From an uncultured Candidatus Sumerlaeota bacterium (GTDB lineage Bacteria > Sumerlaeota > Sumerlaeia > SLMS01 > JAHLLQ01): a DNA stretch of 64,000 nucleotides. The stretch covers positions 23,261 through 87,260 of the forward strand of contig CAZOKZ010000001.1 in the NCBI GenBank assembly GCA_964580585.1, written 5' to 3'. The position numbers were made by a program, and so were the translations under genes. The notes below the pieces were generated by a model. The model saw only the letters and a program-made list of their open reading frames with translations, ran no database searches and was not told the origin of the DNA. This document shows, in pieces, positions 1-9,762 of this stretch; position 1 is the first letter of the stretch, and each line of letters begins with the position of its first letter.

Positions 1-99
1 CAACGATCCGATTCGCCGGACGATTCGCCGCGTACCCGCAAGGTACGCGGCGGTCGGGCGAGTCGGCTGAGCAAATGGCAACGCTCGCATTCGGGCGAT

Positions 100-438
100 T
101 TGTTTCTGATATTTATCGTTTTCCTCTTCGTTATTCTGATATTCGGCTTCGATGCGGAAAAAGTTGCCGATCTCCTGTATAACAAAACCGCTGGGTTTAT
201 TTTGGTCATCATGGTTATCGAGTACCTGGTACTCAAAAGCATGGATCGTACGCGGATTTATGGGCTGGAAAACAGCCGTTTACGCGAAGCTCGCCGCACG
301 GATCGCGCGTTGATGAAGCGTGCCCGCGAATTGCTCGATGAAGCTGCCGGTACTTCCTCCGACGATGATGAAGAATCACCGAGCGATTGGAATAAACGCG
401 CTCGCGACGTGGCTGAAGAGCTCTCTCAGCGTTTGTAA
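100..438 (+). CDS. Hypothetical small protein with a hydrophobic N-terminus and a charged C-terminus. The reading frame stays open upstream to position 1, so the gene may be 5'-partial.
   Basis: ORF track; hydrophobic N-terminal segment; no stop in frame back to the window start. Confidence 0.3.
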   Translation: MFLIFIVFLFVILIFGFDAEKVADLLYNKTAGFILVIMVIEYLVLKSMDRTRIYGLENSRLREARRTDRALMKRARELLDEAAGTSSDDDEESPSDWNKRARDVAEELSQRL

Positions 439-445
439 CTTTCCG

Positions 446-1402
446 ATGACATCTAATAGTGCCAAACCCGTGGGACGTTACGCGCCTAGCCCGACTGGTG
501 CGTTGCATCTGGGGAATTTACGCACGGCATTGGCGGCGTGTGGATTCACTCGTTCGCGTGGTGGGAAGTTCCTTTTGCGGGTTGAAGACATCGATGAGCC
601 ACGTGTGAGAAACGGAGCAGAGGCGCGCCAATTACAGGATTTGTGCGCACTGGGCATCGAGTGGGACGAAGAGCCGTGGCGACAGTCGGAACGCTCGGCC
701 ATTTATCGTGAGTACCTGGATCGGCTTCGTGCGGATGGAAAGATTTACCCGTGTTTTTGCAGTCGAAAGGATATTCAGGCGGCGCTTTCCGCGCCTCATC
801 GAGAAGACGAAGCGCAGGGGTATCCCGGATTGTGCGCGGATCTGGATGCCGCAACCGTGGAGGAGCGCCAAAATCGCGGCGATCAGCATGCCTGGCGATT
901 GCGTGTCGCACACGCAGAGAAACTATTCCATGATGAATTCGCAGGTGAAGTTCCCGTCGATTTGCCTCGCGAAGGGGGCGATTTTGTCGTGCATCGAGCC
1001 GATGGGCTCTTCGCCTATCAGTTCGTTTGCGCATTAGACGATGCGTTGTCCGGTGTGACGGAAGTTTTGCGCGGCGAAGACTTGCTCGATTCAGGAGCAC
1101 GGCAACAATTTATTCTGCAAACACTCGGAATCGCCCCACCTGCCTATTGGCATATTCCGCTGATGCACGGACCCGATGGCAAACGGCTGTCCAAAAGGGA
1201 CGGAGCCGACGATTTGTCCTATTTCCTTCTACATGGCGCGGACGAAACCGCTGTACGCAGCTACCTGGCGTGGACACTGGGTCAGTGTGAAAAGCGGGAA
1301 CGACTCGAGATGAAAGAATTCGTCAATCGGTTCGATATCACCAAGGTTCCACACAATGCAGTGACGTATGAAAGCAGTGACCTGCGCGAATTCTGTCTGT
1401 AA
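446..1402 (+). CDS. gluQ: Glutamyl-Q tRNA(Asp) synthetase, a paralog of the GluRS catalytic domain.
   Basis: Class I aaRS HIGH-type motif (PSPTGALHLGN); KMSKS-like LSKRDG; about 300 aa with no anticodon-binding domain; ATG at 446 falls just after the upstream ORF stop. Confidence 0.8.
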   Translation: MTSNSAKPVGRYAPSPTGALHLGNLRTALAACGFTRSRGGKFLLRVEDIDEPRVRNGAEARQLQDLCALGIEWDEEPWRQSERSAIYREYLDRLRADGKIYPCFCSRKDIQAALSAPHREDEAQGYPGLCADLDAATVEERQNRGDQHAWRLRVAHAEKLFHDEFAGEVPVDLPREGGDFVVHRADGLFAYQFVCALDDALSGVTEVLRGEDLLDSGARQQFILQTLGIAPPAYWHIPLMHGPDGKRLSKRDGADDLSYFLLHGADETAVRSYLAWTLGQCEKRERLEMKEFVNRFDITKVPHNAVTYESSDLREFCL

Positions 1403-1409
1403 AAATAAT

Positions 1410-1440
1410 GAGGGACGGAGTAACTTGTCTTCGTCCCTCG
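1410..1440. terminator. Inverted repeat (GAGGGACGGAG ... CTTCGTCCCTC) between convergent gluQ and trpG; putative bidirectional terminator built from the recurrent GGGACGGAG motif.
   Basis: Hairpin read directly from the sequence between convergent gene ends. Confidence 0.4.
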
Positions 1441-1467
1441 AATCCTCTTCGCCATCGACGAGCAATA

Positions 1468-2043
1468 TCACACGGCATATAAATCGAGGAAGTTTTTCAG
1501 CAGTTGTTTCCCCTCGGTTGTCAGAATCGACTCGGGATGGAATTGAACCCCGTGGATGGGATAGGTTTTGTGACGCAGGCCCATGATGGTGCCGTCGTCT
1601 TCGGCATAGGCGCAAATTTCCACGTCGTCGCCAAGTGAATCGCGTTCAACGACGAGCGAGTGATAACGGGTTGCTGTAAAGGGGTTCGATAGGTTCTCAA
1701 AGACACCTGTATTATTATGACGAATTTGACTGGTTTTGCCATGCATCAAACGCGGCGCGCGGATCACGTTTCCGCCAAAAACCTGGCCGATACACTGGTG
1801 TCCCAAACAAACGCCCAACGTGGGGATTGTTTGCGAGTACTTCGTCAGGATTTCCAGCGATTGCCCCGCGTCGTCCGGCGTACCCGGACCGGGCGAGATC
1901 ACAATGTGCGTCGGATTGAGAAGCTCGATCGTATTCACGTCGAGTTTATCGTTCCGAATGACATGCAACGTTTCACCCAGTTCGCCAAGATACTGAACCA
2001 GGTTGTATGTAAATGAATCGTAGTTGTCGATTACCAGAATCAT
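1468..2043 (-). CDS. trpG: Glutamine amidotransferase class I; anthranilate / aminodeoxychorismate synthase component II.
   Basis: LGVCLGHQ catalytic Cys motif; HGVQFHPE; 191 aa. Confidence 0.8.
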   Translation of the reverse strand: MILVIDNYDSFTYNLVQYLGELGETLHVIRNDKLDVNTIELLNPTHIVISPGPGTPDDAGQSLEILTKYSQTIPTLGVCLGHQCIGQVFGGNVIRAPRLMHGKTSQIRHNNTGVFENLSNPFTATRYHSLVVERDSLGDDVEICAYAEDDGTIMGLRHKTYPIHGVQFHPESILTTEGKQLLKNFLDLYAV

Positions 2044-2056
2044 CGTGTTTTTTCCG

Positions 2057-2899
2057 TCAAGAAAGCGAGTTTTTTTCCGAGTCCAGAAGTTGCTGACGCA
2101 ATTGCCAACGTTTCAACAATGTCTCGACAAATTTATCGTCGGGATTCCCTGATTGCAATTCGCCAAGGCATTCCTGCAACAGATCTATCTGGTGTTGCGA
2201 GGGGTTTTTTATCTCGACCAGACAATCGGCTAGCAAATAATCCAATCCCCGGTTGGATTGCACACGGCGAGCTTTGCCTAACGACGAAACGGCGTCGGCG
2301 AACGCTTGTTGATCGGCAAGACGATGGGCCACGGCACGTTTGACCATACCACGATAAAAGAGGAAGAAGTACGCCTCGCGGTCGGATTCCGGTTCCGCGA
2401 TGGAATCGAATTGTTCGTTTGCACGATCCCAATCTTTCGGGTCCTGGGATATCCGGGCAATCGCCGTCAGAACAATGGCGGCTTCGCGTTTGTATGTTTC
2501 GGCCAACGTTGGGTCGTCATTCTGGGCGAGTTCCAACGCAAGCGCCAATGCTTCTTCTAAACGTGGCTGATCGTTGTTCTGCGTCCCCAGTACAAAAAGA
2601 CACGTGAAAAGCCGTTCCCCATGAAGAGGACGTTGATCGGGGTCTAATTCCAATGCGCGACGATAATGACGTTCGGCCGATTCGTATAAATCCAGACCCG
2701 GCGCTTTGTCTTCCGCGTTGCGCTCCAGATACGTGCGTTCCCACACGAGGCCCGCCAGGTGTTGGACGATGGGATCGTCAGGGAACTCGCTATCCACATT
2801 TTGTATGGCAGAGATGGCCTTGTCGAATTCCCTCATGCCCAACATGGTTTGGACATAGTGTGCAAGTTCTTCGGCGGAGGAAAACGGGGTGTCAGCCAT
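2057..2899 (-). CDS. TPR-like repeat protein, hypothetical.
   Basis: ORF of 280 aa with a helical-repeat character; no specific family recognised. Confidence 0.45.
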   Translation of the reverse strand: MADTPFSSAEELAHYVQTMLGMREFDKAISAIQNVDSEFPDDPIVQHLAGLVWERTYLERNAEDKAPGLDLYESAERHYRRALELDPDQRPLHGERLFTCLFVLGTQNNDQPRLEEALALALELAQNDDPTLAETYKREAAIVLTAIARISQDPKDWDRANEQFDSIAEPESDREAYFFLFYRGMVKRAVAHRLADQQAFADAVSSLGKARRVQSNRGLDYLLADCLVEIKNPSQHQIDLLQECLGELQSGNPDDKFVETLLKRWQLRQQLLDSEKNSLS

Positions 2900-2924
2900 G
2901 GAATCGTATCCAGCGGAAAAAGGA

Positions 2925-2957
2925 AAAGGGACGGAGATAACTTATCTCCGTCCCTTT
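2925..2957 (-). terminator. Near-perfect 16-bp hairpin (AAAGGGACGGAGATAA / CTTATCTCCGTCCCTTT) downstream of nusA, flanked on the minus strand by a T-rich tract.
   Basis: Palindrome read in sequence; the T-run follows on the nusA strand. Confidence 0.5.
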
Positions 2958-2963
2958 GATGTG

Positions 2964-4454
2964 TTATGCCTTGTCTTGGGGGACTTCTTCCTCAGAAGGT
3001 TCGGCTTCTGTGGACGCTGCCGATTCAGACGCCTCTGTTTCTTCGGCATCCTCGGGAGTTTCCACCGTTACCTTGCCTGCCAGGCGATCGGCAAGTGCCG
3101 AAGCCGCCTTCAAGCGCTGACGTACGTCTTCGGTGATGCCAGCTTCGGAATCCTTGGTCATCTGTTGCAGGTTTTCCAAGTATTCCTTGGCGCCATCGAC
3201 GATGTCTTCTGCCAATTCCTGATCGTCGCCCGTAAAGCTGAGCAATTGCTGCGCGTCTGCTTCTGCCAGTTTTTCCACGCTGTTGAAGTCTTCCGTGCGG
3301 GTGAGAGCTTCGGCGGCGAATGCCGTCAAACCATCGATCTGGTTCAGGAAGTCGTTGAGGTACTGGAGAGAGATTGTCTCGAGACGTGCCATTTCGGCTT
3401 CGTCTTCCTGCTCGGTCACGTCAATTTTCCAACCGGTCAACTTCGCGGCCAGTTTTGCGTTTTGTCCGCGCTTGCCAATGGCTTTGGCGAGCGAGTCGTG
3501 TTCAACAACCACATGAGCGCGTTTTTCGATTTCGTTCAACTTGATCGAAACGATCTTCGCGGGGTTCAGGGCCGATGAAATAAACGATTCGGGAATCACC
3601 GAGTACGGCACGATATCGACTTTTTCGTTGTCGAGTTCACGCACGATCATCTGAACGCGCGAGCCTTTCATACCGACGCACGCACCGACGGGATCGACGT
3701 CCGGGTTCATGCTGTTGACGGCGATCTTGGTCCGAACGCCTGGCTCACGGGCAATTTCAACGATGCGAACGGTGGCGTCGCTGATTTCCGGTACTTCGGT
3801 GGCGAACAGTTGTTTCACCAGTTCAGAGCGCGTACGTGACAAAATGACCTGCGGGCCTTTTGGCGTGCGGCGAACATCGATGATCAAGCAGCGGATACGG
3901 TCGCCATAGCGATAACGCACACCGAAGGGAATTTCCTGGTTGGGGAGCAGGCATTCGACCTTGCCGAGTGCGACGATTGCGTCGCGACGTTCGTAACGTT
4001 GGACGATGCCCGTAACGACCGAGCCAACTTTGTCTTTATAATCGGTGTAAATACGATCGCGTTCGGCATCGCGCAGGCGTTGGAGAATGCCCTGGCGTAC
4101 GGATTGGGCGGCAATGCGGCCAAATTCTTCGGGATCGATTTCGACTTCGATTTCATCGTCGAGCATGTGCTGGGGGTTACGGGCTTTTGCGGCCAGAATG
4201 TCGATCTCCGTGCGGGGATCGTTCACCGAAACGACAACGCGTTTCTTGACATAAATGCGCATGTCGCCGGTTTCTAAATCCAGGTCGGGGCGTGGGAAAT
4301 GAAAGACCTGGGCGCGTTTGCTGGCCGCCGAGAGGATCGCCATTTCCACAGCATGTTTGATTACATCAGGTTCAAGGTCCTTTTCCTTCGAGATCATCTT
4401 GATCAGCGGTTTGACGTTCAGGGCCTTGATTTCGTTTTTTTTCTTCTTCGCCAC
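2964..4454 (-). CDS. nusA: Transcription termination/antitermination factor NusA with a long acidic C-terminal tail.
   Basis: N-terminal, S1 and KH region similarity to NusA; likely GTG start at 4454 preceded by GGAG; the ORF track extends to 4628. Confidence 0.85.
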   Translation of the reverse strand: MAKKKKNEIKALNVKPLIKMISKEKDLEPDVIKHAVEMAILSAASKRAQVFHFPRPDLDLETGDMRIYVKKRVVVSVNDPRTEIDILAAKARNPQHMLDDEIEVEIDPEEFGRIAAQSVRQGILQRLRDAERDRIYTDYKDKVGSVVTGIVQRYERRDAIVALGKVECLLPNQEIPFGVRYRYGDRIRCLIIDVRRTPKGPQVILSRTRSELVKQLFATEVPEISDATVRIVEIAREPGVRTKIAVNSMNPDVDPVGACVGMKGSRVQMIVRELDNEKVDIVPYSVIPESFISSALNPAKIVSIKLNEIEKRAHVVVEHDSLAKAIGKRGQNAKLAAKLTGWKIDVTEQEDEAEMARLETISLQYLNDFLNQIDGLTAFAAEALTRTEDFNSVEKLAEADAQQLLSFTGDDQELAEDIVDGAKEYLENLQQMTKDSEAGITEDVRQRLKAASALADRLAGKVTVETPEDAEETEASESAASTEAEPSEEEVPQDKA

Positions 4455-4624
4455 GGTTTTTTCTCCGCACGTTGGTATGAAGGGTGAAAACAGAAACGGG
4501 CCGCCTTTCGAGGCCGCCCGTCCGTTAGCACTCTTATTTGTAGGCAAAAGTTGTTCCACCGTGGCTGGAGAAGACAAGAGAAATGTTTTAAGGAGAGCGA
4601 AGAAAGGAAGAACGCCGTAACGCG

Positions 4625-5833
4625 TCACTCATTCGGCAGCTTATCCCGTAAGACTTTCCAGGCCAGATTAAGTCGTTTCGCTTTGGCTTCAGCCATTTTG
4701 CGGAAGTCTTCATCGTCGTGGAACTTGTCGGGATGGTAGCGCATTTGCATTTTACGGAAAATTTTCTGCGCGTATTCAAGTGTTGTATTTTCCGTCAGCG
4801 CGAACAACTCCAGCGCTTCCTCGAAGGAAATTTTATCTTCGACTCTCAGTTTTTCTTCAGAGGCTCCATTGTCTTCACGGGGCTCTTCTTCCTCGGGCTC
4901 ATCCGCTTTGGGGGGCGCTTTCGGGCGAGTTTCCCAACCGCCCATGGGATGAGCCTGGATTTTAGGGGCCAGGTCGTTGCGCAGCATTTCTTCGACATCG
5001 ATGACAGAAAGCGGGCGACCCATGCCTTCGAGCGCTTCACAAATATGACGTGTTGTTGGGGGCTCGAACGCACGTTCGATGAATTCCAAAATATAGCGAC
5101 CCAGGAAATTTCGCAAATGCGGATCGTCCAGGTACTGATCCGGCTTTGTGTTGGCGTCCACGGCGCCGTAATCCGCGGGCTCTGTGTCCCCATCGCCCAG
5201 CATGCGAGCAAATCGTCCGGCGGTCGCGCGCATCTGGCTGTAAATGGCCTGATAGGAGTGAAGCGACCCCGCTTGGATTGGAGGAATATCCATGTCGGAT
5301 TTCTTGCGGCCAAATCCCACGGCATCATTGAAAACAACAACTTTGCCTTTGTGTGGCGGTCCCACCATTTTTTTGGCGGAATCGGCAATTTCATGCGTCA
5401 TGCAGAGGATCAAATTTGCCCAGCGAATTTGAGGAGCCAGTAAGGGCTTGCTGCGATGCCCTTTCAGGCTAACCCGGTGTTCGTAGAGGAATTTGGCGAA
5501 TTCGCGCTCGGGTGGCGTGGGCACTTGCACGTCGATTCCGGCACTATCGAAGGACGTATCGAAGACGTTGAACTCCTTGGCAAAGTTCTGCGTCATCGCC
5601 CGAGCCATAGGCCCGCGGAACAGATCGTGATTGCTGAGAAAAAGGACATGCATTTTTATTGTGCGGTCGTTGCGATGCGTTTGAAAGTCTCGAATACGAT
5701 GAGACCAGTCTTGCCACGAGCCAATCAAATTATTGAGAATTCTTGGGCGAATTTTCACGAGACTCCTCAACCCGGGATTCTTCACAGGCTGTTCCATGAA
5801 AGACGGAATTGTACGGATCGTTCTTAAGCGCAT
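4625..5833 (-). CDS. Fusion protein with a low-molecular-weight PTP/ArsC-like domain (Ser replaces the CX5R cysteine: SNHDLFRGP) and a C-terminal J domain (HPD motif).
   Basis: VLFLSNHDLFRGPMA resembles the LMW-PTP P-loop with C to S; C-terminus YAQKIFRKMQMRYHPDKF ... KAKRLNLAWKVL is a J domain. The start is uncertain: it could be the internal Met at 5653. Confidence 0.55.
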   Translation of the reverse strand: MRLRTIRTIPSFMEQPVKNPGLRSLVKIRPRILNNLIGSWQDWSHRIRDFQTHRNDRTIKMHVLFLSNHDLFRGPMARAMTQNFAKEFNVFDTSFDSAGIDVQVPTPPEREFAKFLYEHRVSLKGHRSKPLLAPQIRWANLILCMTHEIADSAKKMVGPPHKGKVVVFNDAVGFGRKKSDMDIPPIQAGSLHSYQAIYSQMRATAGRFARMLGDGDTEPADYGAVDANTKPDQYLDDPHLRNFLGRYILEFIERAFEPPTTRHICEALEGMGRPLSVIDVEEMLRNDLAPKIQAHPMGGWETRPKAPPKADEPEEEEPREDNGASEEKLRVEDKISFEEALELFALTENTTLEYAQKIFRKMQMRYHPDKFHDDEDFRKMAEAKAKRLNLAWKVLRDKLPNE

Positions 5834-6320
5834 TGCCTTGATTTGTTTTACGCTGGATTTGCGTGCCAGCCGTCGGATTCGGCGCGCGATGGGGGAGACA
5901 TCTTACCGGTTGGGAGGTCGCTGTCAGGGGTGTGCCAAATGTTGCGAAGCTCCCACGATCCAGGTGGGGATTCTGACCTATCGACTGGTGACATTTCGGA
6001 TGATTTTTCTCGCCTGGCATCGGTGGGTGAACGGATTTCACCTGACGGGCGAGGACCCGCAAATTCGGGCGTTCGAATTTCGCTGCACCCATTTCGATCC
6101 GAAAACCCGTCGGTGCGATTCGTACACCAGCCGCCCCGGCATGTGCCGCGATTACCCGAGAGCGCTGCTCTGGGAAGCCAACCCGCCATTGTTTCCTGAA
6201 TGTGGCTACCGTGCCGTGGCGCCCAACGCCGAACAGGTGACCGCGCTGCTCGAACACGAAGACTTGCCGCCGGAGAAGTTGGAGGAGTTGAAGGAGAAGT
6301 TGATGCTGAAGGATGAATAA
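5796..6320 (+). CDS. YkgJ/UPF0153 family protein with a putative Zn/Fe-chelating CxxCxxCC domain.
   Basis: CQGCAKCCE motif plus downstream conserved Cys and RPxxCRxYP; start ambiguous (5733 or 5796). Confidence 0.55.
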   Translation: MKDGIVRIVLKRIALICFTLDLRASRRIRRAMGETSYRLGGRCQGCAKCCEAPTIQVGILTYRLVTFRMIFLAWHRWVNGFHLTGEDPQIRAFEFRCTHFDPKTRRCDSYTSRPGMCRDYPRALLWEANPPLFPECGYRAVAPNAEQVTALLEHEDLPPEKLEELKEKLMLKDE

Positions 6321-6476
6321 CCGGTAAATTCCACCCCACCCCCTCCATCTAGGGTTTGACCTTTACCGCCCGACCGGGCTTGACTAATCAAGAACGTGCG
6401 TTGACGAAATTCCCGGGCCCCTGCCCGCCAGACGGAGCCACACCCCCTGACGGACCTGTTTTCACTCGCGGCGAAT

Positions 6477-7244
6477 ATGCAGATTCGCGACGTTATCGAT
6501 ATCCTGATGATATCGATCGTCTTCTTTTTGCTCTTCAACATGATCCGAAAATCGCGCAGCCAGGTGGCTTTGCGCGGATTGCTGATCGTGCTTTCGTTCA
6601 CGTTACTGCTTTATTTGATCACGGTCATGGCGGAACTGAGCGCCACCAAGGCACTGCTGACCCGGCTATGGGTCGTGTTCGTGCTGATTTTCCTGATCGT
6701 GTTCCAGAACGAGTTCAAGAAAAGCCTGACCGACTATGGCCGGTTGCCAATTTTTAGAGCCTTGTTCAAGCAGGAAGCCGCTCCTTTGGACGAGGTAATC
6801 AAGGCAGTCGCGCGTTTGGCGGAAAAAAAAGTCGGGGCATTGATTTGCATCGAGCGTCGCACACCGCTCAGGCCTTATATTGAAACGGGCACCATGATCG
6901 ACGGGCTCGTCACCGTCGAATTGCTCCGAACTATTTTTGCACTCTATACGCCATTGCACGACGGGGCGGTAATCATGCGCAATAACCGCATCGTGGCGGC
7001 GGGATGCCTGTTGCCGTTGACCAATCAGGAACTCTCCAAAGATTTAGGCACGCGTCACCGGGCGGCGATTGGATTGGGCGAAGAAACGGACGCCGTCGTC
7101 GTAGTCGTTTCGGAAGAAACCGGGACGATCTCGATTGCCTACGACGGTATTATCCAACGACCGGAAACCGCGGATTCCTTGCGCCAAAAGCTGCGCGATC
7201 TGTTTGAAATCGAAGAGGAGGAAGCGGATGTCGAAGCCGTCTAG
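6477..7244 (+). CDS. cdaA: Diadenylate cyclase CdaA (c-di-AMP synthase) with three N-terminal TM helices and a DAC domain.
   Basis: DGA(V/I)I ... RHRAA(I/L)G ... SEETG motifs; strong similarity to Bacillus CdaA. Confidence 0.9.
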   Translation: MQIRDVIDILMISIVFFLLFNMIRKSRSQVALRGLLIVLSFTLLLYLITVMAELSATKALLTRLWVVFVLIFLIVFQNEFKKSLTDYGRLPIFRALFKQEAAPLDEVIKAVARLAEKKVGALICIERRTPLRPYIETGTMIDGLVTVELLRTIFALYTPLHDGAVIMRNNRIVAAGCLLPLTNQELSKDLGTRHRAAIGLGEETDAVVVVVSEETGTISIAYDGIIQRPETADSLRQKLRDLFEIEEEEADVEAV

Positions 7245-8442
7245 CGGTCCATTCAGTGATTTCGCTCTCATCCTCTTTTCGCTCGCGTTGGGGTTCATTG
7301 TCTGGGTCATCGTTCGCCAGCAGGAAACGGTGACGCGCACGGTCCTGGTGCCGGTGTATTACGAAAACCTGCCGGATTATATTGAGTTGCAGGACTATAA
7401 TCCAAAGAATATCGCTGTCAGCTTCAGCCTGGCCAAGGGCGACGACCCCCTGACAAGCGCGTCGGAAAAATTTCGCGCCACGGTGGATTTGACTCGATTG
7501 GTAGAGCGCAATATCCAAACGGAGAGCTTTAAGGAAATCTCTCTTCCGGTGGAACGGACTAAACTCGATTATCCCAAGAAGCTTACATTTATAGCCTTCG
7601 AGGATACTCCGGCCGTGACGTTCAGCGCCCGATTGCGTGTCGCCATGGCACGGATCGAGGTTAACCTTGTAGGCGATCATCCGGCGATGGGTTATCGTAT
7701 CGATCGCCAGAACATTGTCATGAACCCCAACGAAATCTATGTGGCCGTTGATCAAAAACGATATGAGCAATCGCTGACAAACCAGTTGGTCATCAAAACG
7801 GAACCGATCGATGTGACCGGCAAGCAGGTGGGAATAACAGGTTTATACCGAGTGCTTTATGGTGAAACGGACGGAATTTTCCCCGTTCCGGGACGAGCGG
7901 AAACCGTTGAAATTATGGTGCCGATTCAAGAAGTTGAAAGCACTAGAGTTTACCATAACATCCCCGTTCGATACGAAACATTGAAACGCGGGGTGCGGGC
8001 AGAGTTGACGCCTTCCAATGTCACGGTTTCGGTCGAAGGACCACCCAGTTTGCTCACGCAATTGCAACCAGCGATGATTCGGCTGACGCCGCGAACGACG
8101 AAATTCCTCGACGAGGAACGCATCGGAGACAGTGTGGAAACGGCGATTGAGATTTCCTATCTGACGGCGGACGAAAAGTTCCAAAAACGCCTGAAAGCAA
8201 CACTCGATCCATCTTTGGTTTTGGTACGATTCTTCCCGCATACGGATGCAGTTCCGATCGACATCCCATTGGAGACCCCAATACCGGTTATTGAATCGAC
8301 ACCGACACCTGTGCCAACAGGGACACCGACCCCCACGCCGGAACCCGTTGAGATTCACGTGGACGATGACGTTACCAGTCCGTTGATTCTCCGTGTCGAG
8401 GATACCGCCACAACACCGACCGCGACGAGTACCGCGGAATGA
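7228..8442 (+). CDS. cdaR: CdaR/YbbR-like regulator of CdaA with a Pro/Thr-rich C-terminus.
   Basis: Immediately downstream of cdaA and overlapping its stop; N-terminal TM segment; YbbR-like repeat architecture. Confidence 0.65.
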   Translation: MSKPSSGPFSDFALILFSLALGFIVWVIVRQQETVTRTVLVPVYYENLPDYIELQDYNPKNIAVSFSLAKGDDPLTSASEKFRATVDLTRLVERNIQTESFKEISLPVERTKLDYPKKLTFIAFEDTPAVTFSARLRVAMARIEVNLVGDHPAMGYRIDRQNIVMNPNEIYVAVDQKRYEQSLTNQLVIKTEPIDVTGKQVGITGLYRVLYGETDGIFPVPGRAETVEIMVPIQEVESTRVYHNIPVRYETLKRGVRAELTPSNVTVSVEGPPSLLTQLQPAMIRLTPRTTKFLDEERIGDSVETAIEISYLTADEKFQKRLKATLDPSLVLVRFFPHTDAVPIDIPLETPIPVIESTPTPVPTGTPTPTPEPVEIHVDDDVTSPLILRVEDTATTPTATSTAE

Positions 8443-9722
8443 GTGAAAAACCAACCGGTCTGAACATCGTTTTCGTACAGGGTAGTTCTCTGTCGATTAA
8501 ACGCGCACACTGGGTTCAGATTTTAAACACAGCCTATGCGCTCTCTCGACGCGAAAACATTGATGTTTGGATTCTGGCGCGCACCATTCAACCCGGTGCA
8601 ATGGATGAAGTGTACGGTGGGATGGGATTCGCTCCTAACGAGCGTTTTCATGTTCACCCCGTTGTGCCCGCACGCGTCTATAACGCGTTTGGCTTGCACG
8701 GCGATTTGCTTTCTCAATCGCAAGGAAAGGTTGGAAGATGGCTGGCGTTGCGGCACGTCAAACGATTGCTCCGGGAGATTTCCACAAACGGCAAGCCCAT
8801 CGTTTTTTATACCCGCGACCAAGATGTGCCCACCACGTCTCGAGAGTTGATCGCCCGTTATCAGGCGTTGGCTATCAATGAACACCACAAGTTCGAATAC
8901 GTCAAAACGCTTGAAGGCAAACTGAAGAAAAAACGTCCCGGGCGCAGTACGCTCGCGCAGTTCAAGAACTATGCGCGTGGCGAGCGCGATCGTGAACTCC
9001 AACGTCTTGCTACTTTCGATGGTGTCGTGTGTACGACACAAAATATTCGCGAACGATTGATCGATCACGGCTATGGAAAACCGACGATCTGCATTCCGAA
9101 CGGGGCAAACCTCGACACGGCGGATAGTCTGGAAAGCATTCTTTCCAAACGTGAAAAAAACATCGATATTTTATACGTCGGTCAATTATTGCGCTGGAAA
9201 AACGTCGATTTATTGATCGAAGCGATGCCGCGCCTCCCAGGTCGAAGACTGACCGTGGTGGGAGGCGAACCGGGCGAGGACATGGACCGCCTCAAAGGTC
9301 TCGCCGCGCGTCTCGATGTTGCCGACCGGGTGGACTTCTGGGGCCATCGTCCCCACGGCGAAATCAAGGGGATCATGCAACGTTCCTGCGTTGGGGTCGT
9401 GCCTTTGCCCCGCGCAGGATTTCCCGAAGCCCGGCTGTTTTGCTGTCCGCTCAAGGCGTTAGAAATGATGGCTGCCGGTACGCCCATCGTGGCAACACGG
9501 TTGCGTTCGGTAGAAGGTTTATTAGAACATCGGCGAAACGCGTTGCTTGTGGAGCCCGACGATGCCCAAGCCATGGCAGATGGAATACGTGACGTTCTCG
9601 AAAATGACGACCTTCGTCGCCAGTTGGCCGAAGGCGGCTGGCGCACGGCACGCGATTTGTCCTACGACGAGCGCGGACGCAAAATCCTTGCTTTCATCGA
9701 AGAATGCCGTACGGGGAAATAA
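8439..9722 (+). CDS. Glycosyltransferase family 4 (GT-B, group 1).
   Basis: C-terminal GT1 signature E..AAGTPIVAT; ATGA overlap with cdaR. Confidence 0.75.
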   Translation: MSEKPTGLNIVFVQGSSLSIKRAHWVQILNTAYALSRRENIDVWILARTIQPGAMDEVYGGMGFAPNERFHVHPVVPARVYNAFGLHGDLLSQSQGKVGRWLALRHVKRLLREISTNGKPIVFYTRDQDVPTTSRELIARYQALAINEHHKFEYVKTLEGKLKKKRPGRSTLAQFKNYARGERDRELQRLATFDGVVCTTQNIRERLIDHGYGKPTICIPNGANLDTADSLESILSKREKNIDILYVGQLLRWKNVDLLIEAMPRLPGRRLTVVGGEPGEDMDRLKGLAARLDVADRVDFWGHRPHGEIKGIMQRSCVGVVPLPRAGFPEARLFCCPLKALEMMAAGTPIVATRLRSVEGLLEHRRNALLVEPDDAQAMADGIRDVLENDDLRRQLAEGGWRTARDLSYDERGRKILAFIEECRTGK

Positions 9723-9762
9723 CGTGGGCATCTTCGGAGGCTTCGGTTGTTCTCTTTTCTGT

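Noticed and set aside
546-1100. Arg-rich ORF of 184 aa on the minus strand, inside gluQ.
   Set aside because: It is antisense to a conserved aaRS-like gene and has the low-complexity Arg/His-rich composition typical of a spurious frame.
4718-5443. ORF of 241 aa on the plus strand.
   Set aside because: It overlaps the PTP-like/J-domain gene on the opposite strand throughout its length and has no family signal.
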